A stretch of DNA of 53,722 bases, taken from the NCBI GenBank assembly GCA_008369845.1, contig MRSU01010034.1:1-53722 (forward strand). Direction: 5' to 3'. Numbering within the stretch: position 1 is the stretch's first letter; each line of letters starts with the position of its first letter. Position numbers and translations under genes: made by a program. Below the pieces are notes generated by a model, which saw only the letters and a list, made by a program, of their open reading frames with translations, did no database searches and was not told the DNA's origin. This document shows, in pieces, positions 46,196 to 53,722 of this stretch. Source of the stretch: Trichomonas gallinae (lineage: Eukaryota).

Positions 46196-46969
46196 TTAAA
46201 ACTGACGAAGAATATAGTGAATGGTCATCTCTTTTTTGATTCCGTAGTCATCCATTGTTCTATCTATTGATAATGGCATTCCATTTAATATAAGACGACA
46301 TTCGTTAAAAGTTATATTAAGTCGCTTACATACAATAGACTGTAAATCATGGATGCTTGCATGAGCATTGATATGAATTGTAATTGCTTTGCCTGTCATA
46401 TCTTTAATATAGATTGGAACTACATTTATGGCCTTCTTGGACATGATTACGCGGTCATTGTTCTGTAGACCTTTAAATTGATAATCTGAAATCAAATTTT
46501 GACCATGACATATTAAAAAATGTTCCTTCTTTGGCGTTCCTGATAATTTCTCTATTTGTTGGTGGAATTGATCTAAAGTATCTGTAGATTTAATATGAAT
46601 CATATGAATTTCTCCGTTTAAAAGCTTCAGGAAAATCCTTTTTGGCTCATTAATGCCGTTATGGATAGTATTATCGTACTCTTGAAGTAATTTATGACAT
46701 TTCCATTCTTTAAGTAATGAGCCTACTTCGAATTTGTACTTTTTATCAATCAATATCTGTTCACCGCACAGTATTTTGAAGAAAATATCGAATGCTTCTG
46801 TTGAATGCATGTCATTTACTTCAAGATTTGATTCTTTCGATTTCCAATATTGTTCCGAAAAATAATCTGATGCGCGTATGAGCTTGGTGTAATCCAGTTG
46901 ATATTGTTTTCCGTTGTGAACAATAGTGTAAACATCTTTCGTTATTGGTACTTTTTGGAGCTTCAACAT
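46196..46969 (-). CDS. BTB/POZ-like domain plus two ubiquitin-like domains
   Basis: YTIVHNGKQY..LIRASDYF (BTB); IFLKLLNG..LICHGQNL and IYIKDMTGKAITI..RLILNG..DRTMDDYGIK..IHYILR (Ubl, no di-Gly); Inr TCACTT upstream. Confidence 0.75.
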   Translation of the reverse strand: MLKLQKVPITKDVYTIVHNGKQYQLDYTKLIRASDYFSEQYWKSKESNLEVNDMHSTEAFDIFFKILCGEQILIDKKYKFEVGSLLKEWKCHKLLQEYDNTIHNGINEPKRIFLKLLNGEIHMIHIKSTDTLDQFHQQIEKLSGTPKKEHFLICHGQNLISDYQFKGLQNNDRVIMSKKAINVVPIYIKDMTGKAITIHINAHASIHDLQSIVCKRLNITFNECRLILNGMPLSIDRTMDDYGIKKEMTIHYILRQF

Positions 46970-47010
46970 TCAAAAGTGACAAGAACTTAATTGTCAAAAA
47001 ATACTGATTA

Positions 47011-47098
47011 TTGACAATTTACATGTCAATTATTTGAATTCACCTTTGACAATTTACATGTCAATATTTTCGTTTCATTTTGACACTTTACATGCCAA
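47011..47098. promoter_or_regulatory. Three TTGACA-N7-TG(T/C)CAA dyads at ~35-bp spacing
   Basis: ttgacaatttacatgtcaa at 47011 and 47046, ttgacactttacatgccaa at 47080, filling the 131-bp spacer between two genes. Confidence 0.6.
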
Positions 47099-47100
47099 AA

Positions 47101-48159
47101 TTATGTTTCTTGATTAAAAACGCATATTTCAGTTTGATATACGTTGTACATGAATCCTATGTTATCTGGGACGTTGTACATCCAGAATGGAGCTCCTTTT
47201 AAGAATGTGATTTTATCTATTTTCTTTCCTGCTCCTGCCCAAACAACAACTTCTTTGAGTTTGTGAGATCTTGCATAGCATATTCTTGGTGAATTGTAAC
47301 CGAATAAGCATGGCTTTGCTTTGGAGAAATCTTTAGCTTCAATCCATTTATGGTATTTTCGCTTGGAAAATGGTTGTCCTAGGAATTTAAACTCATGATT
47401 GTGTATTGGCATAATATCAATTTGGTCCAGCACATGAGATATTGTATCAAATGCAGGTAATTCTATTTGGCAAGAAATTTCAAACTTACGAGGTGATTTA
47501 AGAACGCCTTCAACTGCTGCTCGTGTCATTAAAACGCCTGAATTTGGTGCAAATACTTGAAAATTATCGCGTAATTCTTGACATTGACCTTTTGCTAAAG
47601 GTTCATCATAATAAGAATGATTTGCGTAACTTTCAATAAATTCTGGAAGTAATGTTGGATTGACATAGGCTCCATCGCTTACGATCATAAACCAATTTGC
47701 ATCAGATCTCTCTAAGAACATTTTGAACATAGTATATAGTAGATAACATGATGGACTTCGATGTATTGGAAAATTTTTCGGTGGATCTGCAAATGTTAGA
47801 GTTTTCATAGAGCAATTTGGGTCTTCGTATGAAGATATTGAATATATTTCAACACCATCGACAAATGGTAATGATCTAACATCTTTTACCCATGATTTAT
47901 GTAAAACGCACATTAATTCGGATGGTTCGTAAACGGAGTCCATTATCGCGATATATAGCTTGTATCTGTTTTCTAGACTCGAATTTGCACTACGTGGTGG
48001 TGGATATGGAGCCTCATAGAACCTTTTTGGTAATTCGAAATCGGATTGTAAGTCTAACTTATCGATAGACATGCGATATTGGAAGTTCAACACGAACAAT
48101 GAGAGAAGTGAGATACTTATCGAGAAGATAATCAAATAAATATTTGCACTTCTCTTCAT
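47101..48159 (-). CDS. Type II membrane glycosyltransferase-like protein (GT31/Fringe-like, tentative)
   Basis: ATG at 48159; N-terminal TM helix IYLIIFSISISLLSLFVL; DANWFMIVSDGAYV and SGVLMTRAAV resemble the GT31 DWFxxxDDDTY and GxGxxxS motifs. Confidence 0.55.
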   Translation of the reverse strand: MKRSANIYLIIFSISISLLSLFVLNFQYRMSIDKLDLQSDFELPKRFYEAPYPPPRSANSSLENRYKLYIAIMDSVYEPSELMCVLHKSWVKDVRSLPFVDGVEIYSISSYEDPNCSMKTLTFADPPKNFPIHRSPSCYLLYTMFKMFLERSDANWFMIVSDGAYVNPTLLPEFIESYANHSYYDEPLAKGQCQELRDNFQVFAPNSGVLMTRAAVEGVLKSPRKFEISCQIELPAFDTISHVLDQIDIMPIHNHEFKFLGQPFSKRKYHKWIEAKDFSKAKPCLFGYNSPRICYARSHKLKEVVVWAGAGKKIDKITFLKGAPFWMYNVPDNIGFMYNVYQTEICVFNQET

Positions 48160-48972
48160 TTTCCTCAATAAGCGCTTAATTTTGGAGTGTGTCACTTTTT
48201 GACACGAAATTTGTCAAATAAAATTTTTATTGTCAAAAATTCAATCTCCAGTAGATTAAGAGGTAGGGTGGCTTCTCAAATGGAGTAGGTAAAATTTTCT
48301 CTGTTACACCATTCAGCCGAACCAATTATAACGTCCAAAAAATTTTTGTCAGTCTACATCTTTAGATTACATTGATTTGTGTCTATTAGACATTAGTTTG
48401 TCAAATAATGCATAATACAGCCTTAACTGAAACCTCAATACATAGAATAGATGCCAAATCAAATCACAATATCAATCATACAACAATGTAATTACATTAT
48501 GACATGTAATGGACATTTTTTGATATGTAAAAAAAAAAAATTTTGTCGTGTAAAAGTAGTATTTTCTGCATACTCAGAACTTCATGGTAAATTACCAGCG
48601 AATTAATGAAACATAATTCTTCACTTTTTAATGATTTTCTATGATTTTTCCAAAAATAATAATTGTTTTTTCCATTTGGGAATCTATCTGTGCAATGATA
48701 GATCCACAACTAGGACATAATAAAGTTATCATGTATTAAGTATCATAGTGATATAGCATGGATATGAGAATAGTCTCATTGACTAGATTTTGATTGAAAA
48801 AATTTTGACAAAATTTTATGGAACTTTTGAAATATTGTTGTTTAGAATAAAACAAAGCTATAATCACTAAAGATTTCCTTTCAATTTTGGTTTACAAAAT
48901 GCTCGAAATTTCAATGATTACTCACAAAAAATATAAAAATGAAAATCATAGTCATTTTTTTAATTATTATTG

Positions 48973-49203
48973 ATGTCAGCATATTCACTCATCAACTACC
49001 CATTACCAAGAGTCAATGAAGAAGTATTCAGCAGAGAATACATCAAACAATTCTCATTCCAATACGTTGATAGACCACCTCGTCCAACATATCCTTGGGA
49101 TCAATTAAAAGATGGACGTGGAAAACCACAGTATTGTCAAGGTAACAGCTTTTGTTGTGCCCATACTCCAGTACATATTAGTTCTCAGTTTTTGAGACAA
49201 TAA
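48973..49203 (+). CDS. Small hypothetical protein (76 aa)
   Basis: Inr-like TCATTT at ~48953; coding-like composition against very AT-rich flanks; TAATAAA at the stop. Confidence 0.55.
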   Translation: MSAYSLINYPLPRVNEEVFSREYIKQFSFQYVDRPPRPTYPWDQLKDGRGKPQYCQGNSFCCAHTPVHISSQFLRQ

Positions 49204-49663
49204 TAAATTGTTTGAATTTTCTATCGCGTTTAATTAATTTTCTTTTCATAACATATACATCCATATCGTTATAATTGCTAATCTAACAAGGGTCAATGTT
49301 TATGAATTATTTATTTGATATTATAAAATCACTCTATCATCTTTTAATAGTTTGAATAGTATTATATATCAATAGTTAGAAATGTTGCTATAATTCATTT
49401 TGATTAAATCTTTGTTATTTTTTAATTTTTTTAATTTTTTTTTATATTTCGTTTGGTATATTGTATATAGTCTAGTTAAGTACTGAATATTGTAAATGTT
49501 ATATTTACAGCCAGCTATTGCGATAAAAGATAAAAAAAATTATTAAAATTTGTGTCTAATTGATATGATTCCGCTATAATTTTCGATAAATAAAAGAATA
49601 CGGGAACAACTCAAGTTCGTGACCGAGTTGTTTAAAAACAATAAAAAACTGACAAATAATTTA

Positions 49664-51163
49664 ATGAGTATTTCAGCTAAAGACGTCAATATCCTAATTG
49701 CTCGTCACCTGCAAGAATCTAGCTTCTCGCACACCGCATACATCTTCAGAAATGAGGCAATGGTCGAGGATGAAAAAATTGATTTGCCTCCGCAAGCTTT
49801 AATTACTATTTTACAAAAAGGAATGTTATATATGCAGCTAGAAAAAGCTATTAATAATGGAGCAAAGAATGAACAATCGCCAGAAGAAATTATTAATAAT
49901 TTAGTCGAAACAGCTCATCAGCAAGAGCCACCACAACACACCAAACAACCTCCACGTCCTAAACCAGTTCATCACTTACAGCAACAAGCACCTCCTCCCG
50001 CACCAGTTCCCGCACAAATTCAGCCAGCTCCTCCACAACCAGCACCAGCTCCAGTTCCGGAGAAGATTGAAGTTACAGAAGTTCCATGCAACAAATGTAG
50101 CTTATATTACAATCACAAAGCTGAAGTTTTCTGTGGTGCATGGACGAATGATGGAAAATACTTCGCTTCTGCGAGCAATGATGCTACAGCAATTATATGG
50201 GAATGCCACAATCAACAATTTACTAATCCAATTGTATTAGATCATGCAACTTCACAAGAATCATCTTCTCACGATCACGGAGTCGTTTCTCTTGTCTGGA
50301 ATTCTACATCTACACTACTGGCCACTGGCTGCTGTGATGGCACAGTCAGACTTTGGACGAACAAAGGAACATTAAAATTCTTGCTCGGCTACCACACATC
50401 ATCAATATACGCATTACAGTTCAGCCCAGACGACAACTTCCTCTTGACGTGCTCACAGGATACAAAAGTTATCGTGTGGGACGTCGCGCGCGGCCAGCAG
50501 AAGCAAATTTTCCAATTCCACAAAGAAAGAGCTCTAGATATAGACTGGTACGACAACAACACTTTCGCCAGCGGCTCGGGAGACTGGACAATCGTTATCT
50601 GCAAGATTGGAAACTCGAGACCTTTGCTAACATTACCTGGTCACGAAAATGACGTCAACAAGATATCCTGGGATCCAACAAAGAAATATTTGGCCAGCTG
50701 CTCTGACGATAAAACTGTCCGCGTCTGGCGTCCTTTCGACAAAAACGGAGACTGCACAGTCTTCAGAGGACACACAGCGTCTGTATACACGATCAAGTGG
50801 ATGCCAGGAGTCGATTCTCCGAGGCAGTTGGCGAGTGGATCCTTCGACCACAAAGTCAGGATCTGGGATGTACCCAACAAGCAGTGCATAGCTGTTATTG
50901 ACTGGAAACACGAAGTTTTCTCTATCGCTTATGCGCCGAGCGGTAAATATTTCGCCGTCGGTGGTGTTTCGACGGAATTGGGCGTTTATAGGTCAAAGGG
51001 ACCAGAGTTAATTGGCGTTTATTCGACAGATGACAAAGATACGAAGCCTGGTGGCATATTTGAAGCTGCTTGGTCACCAAGTGGCGATGCAATTGCTCTG
51101 TGCGAGACAAATGCTGTTGTCGCGCTCGTTCCAACTAGTTTGTTCCCGAATTACGTAGAATGA
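49664..51163 (+). CDS. TBL1: TBL1/TBL1XR1 (Ebi/Sif2)-like LisH + WD40 corepressor subunit
   Basis: ATG at 49664; MSISAKDVNILIARHLQESSFSHTAYIF LisH, LPPQALITILQKGMLY, Pro/Gln linker and ~8 WD40 repeats (GHENDVNKISWD, LASGSFD). Confidence 0.85.
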   Translation: MSISAKDVNILIARHLQESSFSHTAYIFRNEAMVEDEKIDLPPQALITILQKGMLYMQLEKAINNGAKNEQSPEEIINNLVETAHQQEPPQHTKQPPRPKPVHHLQQQAPPPAPVPAQIQPAPPQPAPAPVPEKIEVTEVPCNKCSLYYNHKAEVFCGAWTNDGKYFASASNDATAIIWECHNQQFTNPIVLDHATSQESSSHDHGVVSLVWNSTSTLLATGCCDGTVRLWTNKGTLKFLLGYHTSSIYALQFSPDDNFLLTCSQDTKVIVWDVARGQQKQIFQFHKERALDIDWYDNNTFASGSGDWTIVICKIGNSRPLLTLPGHENDVNKISWDPTKKYLASCSDDKTVRVWRPFDKNGDCTVFRGHTASVYTIKWMPGVDSPRQLASGSFDHKVRIWDVPNKQCIAVIDWKHEVFSIAYAPSGKYFAVGGVSTELGVYRSKGPELIGVYSTDDKDTKPGGIFEAAWSPSGDAIALCETNAVVALVPTSLFPNYVE

Positions 51164-51269
51164 AATTCTGGGACTATGCCTTGCATAGAATAATATTAAT
51201 ATAGATAATACTTGCTCCTTTTTTTAATTAAAATTATGTTAGATAATGTTTTACAATTACTTTTAAATG

Positions 51270-51390
51270 TTTACATGTCAATATTTCATATTTATACGTC
51301 AATATATTTTATTTACAAAACAGATATTATATTTACATGACAAATTTCAAATTTATGTGTCAAAATGGATTATTTACAAGACATTTTTAT
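51270..51390. repeat. Six-copy 20-21-bp array of TTTAYRTG(T/A)CAA-like units
   Basis: Units start at 51270, 51291, 51312, 51332, 51352 and 51373. Confidence 0.7.
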
Positions 51391-51926
51391 TAAATTTGCT
51401 TGATTTTATGGAATATGAGTCTCATTAATCTACACATCCTATTAACATTCCAAACAAATTCAAATAATCCAATATATTAAACTTTATTCTGAAAATATTG
51501 GAATGAGCTTATTTGCGTTATGTAATATAAATATACTTTTGATATAAAATAAAATTACACATGTAAGTGTAGTTGAAATCCTATATTTATTGAGAATTTC
51601 TGATTTATTTTGTAATACACATCCCATACGAGAATATCATTTTCAAATGCCCATAAACTGCATAATCTATGAATATTTTGGCCTGAAAATTCAGAAATAT
51701 TTTTTCAATTTTTTTGATAATCATTTGTTGCGGCTATTTCGAATCATCTTGTGCATAGCAATTGAAACCATATAATTATTAATCATTTAATTTATTATTA
51801 ATTAAATAATGCAAAAATATTCATTAATATAATATGGGATTGATGGAAACATGCAAAAAAATCATTTTTATTTTTTTAGAAAAAAAATTCTTTATCGTTT
51901 ACCAAATATATAAATAGTCTTTTTCT

Positions 51927-52955
51927 ATGACGAGGGGTCGAGCAATTCAACGCGAGAACCCTGAATACAGGATCGAGACAATATCTTTAGTGTATCCGAA
52001 CGTCAACATAGAGAAAGGACACAGCTGGTATGACGTAGAAAATTTCGAATTACCGAACGATTCTCCAAATCCTTACCTTCTCGTTGACTGGGTGGGCACA
52101 GGAAAATACAGCGACGTTTTCACCGCTAAAAAAGGCGATACAACAGTAGCAATTAAAGTTTTAAAGCCTGTTCGTTCACAGAAATATAATCGCGAAGCTA
52201 AAATATTAATTAATCTTCGTGGCGGTCCAAATATAGTAAAGTTATATTCGATCGTTCAAGATCCCCACACCCAACAATACAGTTTCGTTTTCGAACACAT
52301 AAATGGAATCGATTTTGCAAAAATGATAAAAACAACGAATGACGAGGACGCGCGCTTCTACTTATATCAGCTGATGAGAGCTATTCAATATTCTCACTCA
52401 AACGGCGTAATGCATAGAGATGTTAAGCCATTAAACGTTTTATACGACAGAAGTCAAAAAAAATTAAGATTAATCGACTGGGGACTCGCAGACTTTTATA
52501 TACCGAAAACTCGCTACAGCATTCACGTCGCCTCGCGTAATTTCAAGCCAATCGAATTATTATTAGATTATCAATGCTACGATTATTCAGTTGATATATG
52601 GAGCTTCGGAGTTACAATGGCAAGTTTAATTTTCAAGAAAGATCCGTTTTTCCGCGGAAGTGATGATCTTGATATGGTAAAGAAAATTTCTGCGGAGCTC
52701 GGTGGTGAAAAGTTGAAGCAGTACATGGAGAAATACGGGCTTCCACTTCCAGACGGGCTTCAAAAAACAATATTTGCTAAACCTGCAAAACCACTCGATT
52801 CGCACATTAATTCTAAAAACAAGGATCTTGTATCAGCTGATGCTCTCGATTTACTCGAAAAATGTCTTCGATATGATCATGTTGAAAGAATTACTGCAGA
52901 TGAAGCACTCAAACACCCATACTTTGATCCCGTCCGTAACATTCAAGCTAATTAA
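51927..52955 (+). CDS. CK2A: Casein kinase II alpha subunit-like (CMGC)
   Basis: GTGKYSDVF, LRGGPNIVKL, HRDVKP, IDWGLADFY, VASR, LLRYDH-like (CLRYDH), HPYF. Confidence 0.9.
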   Translation: MTRGRAIQRENPEYRIETISLVYPNVNIEKGHSWYDVENFELPNDSPNPYLLVDWVGTGKYSDVFTAKKGDTTVAIKVLKPVRSQKYNREAKILINLRGGPNIVKLYSIVQDPHTQQYSFVFEHINGIDFAKMIKTTNDEDARFYLYQLMRAIQYSHSNGVMHRDVKPLNVLYDRSQKKLRLIDWGLADFYIPKTRYSIHVASRNFKPIELLLDYQCYDYSVDIWSFGVTMASLIFKKDPFFRGSDDLDMVKKISAELGGEKLKQYMEKYGLPLPDGLQKTIFAKPAKPLDSHINSKNKDLVSADALDLLEKCLRYDHVERITADEALKHPYFDPVRNIQAN

Positions 52956-53057
52956 TACATATACAAGAATACTATTGCTTAATATATAATAATTTTTTAA
53001 TTTTTGTTCAATTTATAAAATGTTTTATTTGTTTCATTAAAAAATATACAAACATAT

Positions 53058-53609
53058 TTATTCTTCTACAACATGGATTCTATGCTCTAAGAATTTTATA
53101 ATCAATTGTGGATTATAAAGTTTAACAGCTGTGGATGATACAGAATAATTCCCTGAATCGGAATTAACATGATATATTATCTCATCATTAACCATCTCGC
53201 AGCTAAATATTAAATTCGGACGATTATCCTTTAAATTCTGTATTTCTTCATATAATATTCTAATTTTTGTACTATATTCATTCTGTTTTATCTCTTCTTC
53301 TGATTTTGGCTGACTTTCTTCGCGAGCTTTCATATTTTCATATAATTTTGCAAGCTGAAACAAGCTAACTTTGTTGGTATTCGGCTCTGTTGCACGTTTT
53401 TCATGTTCTATTTCTGTGTTTTTCTTTTTTTCGAAATAATCATTAACTACATTTTCGCAACTTTGCAAACCAGCAGCTGGCTCCCATGTGCATTCACTAT
53501 CAGGATAACCGGCCCACTTTACAAGATAAATCACGTCATCATCTACATGCAAACTGTCTAAAATTTCTTCAACTTCGTATAAATCATCTTCTTCGGCATT
53601 TTCAGACAT
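53058..53609 (-). CDS. HP1-like protein (chromodomain plus chromoshadow-like domain)
   Basis: ATG 53609 after Inr TCACTTTTG; YEVEEIL..YLVKWAGYPDSECTWEP with aromatic cage Y/W/Y; C-terminal VSSTAVKLYNPQLIIKFLEHRI resembles the HP1 chromoshadow CPQIVIAFYEERL. Confidence 0.75.
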   Translation of the reverse strand: MSENAEEDDLYEVEEILDSLHVDDDVIYLVKWAGYPDSECTWEPAAGLQSCENVVNDYFEKKKNTEIEHEKRATEPNTNKVSLFQLAKLYENMKAREESQPKSEEEIKQNEYSTKIRILYEEIQNLKDNRPNLIFSCEMVNDEIIYHVNSDSGNYSVSSTAVKLYNPQLIIKFLEHRIHVVEE

Positions 53610-53644
53610 CAAAAGTGACAGATTTTAAATTTTCATTTTATCAT

Positions 53645-53722
53645 AGAGTGGCAGGAAAAAGGGGCAGACACCGGAAAAAAGGGCAGACAGCAGGGTCTAT
53701 CAAATTAATGCAGGGGGCTTTA
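53645..53722. mobile_element. Probable left terminus of a DNA transposon (GC-rich with tandem subrepeats), truncated by the window edge
   Basis: Abrupt GC rise; ggaaaaaRgggcagaca repeated at 53654 and 53673 (19-bp period). Confidence 0.4.

Noticed and set aside
2510..52989. Numerous 60-130 aa ORFs overlapping or antisense to major genes, and AT-rich intergenic ORFs (e.g. 9000, 11266, 13205, 20945, 22802, 23661, 27736, 43969, 48497, 51590)
   Set aside because: Shadow or random ORFs; many start at TTG/GTG, which a eukaryote would not normally use, and have no domain signal
49664..53609. Apparent chromatin gene cluster (TBL1, CK2 alpha, HP1-like)
   Set aside because: Eukaryotic neighbours in mixed orientation from large families; no evidence of functional clustering beyond chance
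1..53722. tRNA, rRNA or spliceosomal introns
   Set aside because: No cloverleaf, rRNA signature or ACTAACACACAG-type intron end recognised by eye; tRNAscan/Infernal would be needed to exclude them

Overview
AT-rich eukaryotic genomic DNA that looks trichomonad (Trichomonas vaginalis-like parabasalid; inferred). The genes appear intronless, TCA(Y/W)T initiator-like elements sit 5-20 nt upstream of many ATGs, DUF3447-type ankyrin genes are present, and one enzyme carries a hydrogenosomal-type presequence. About 28 genes/pseudogenes lie in the window: three tandem Bap/Ig-like secreted or surface protein paralogs, a degenerate membrane-anchored S1/P1 nuclease, Vps34, two CAMK-like kinases flanking a duplicated unknown gene, a degenerate bromodomain protein, a SHIPPO-repeat protein, ankyrin proteins, two beta-helix proteins, POC5, DPY30, a 2-hydroxyacid dehydrogenase, a PAP2 phosphatase, a cyclophilin, a BTB-Ubl-Ubl protein, a GT31-like protein, TBL1, CK2 alpha and an HP1-like protein. 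Transposon-like debris occurs at 1-1741, ~10830-11240 and the right edge. Several genes have lost their ATG or carry an in-frame stop. The most striking unexplained signal is an intergenic motif, TTTACATGTCAA (and the dyad TTGACA-N7-TGTCAA). It recurs in at least 11 intergenic spacers, often as arrays with ~21, ~30 or ~35 bp periodicity. All calls are from reading the sequence; no searches were run.
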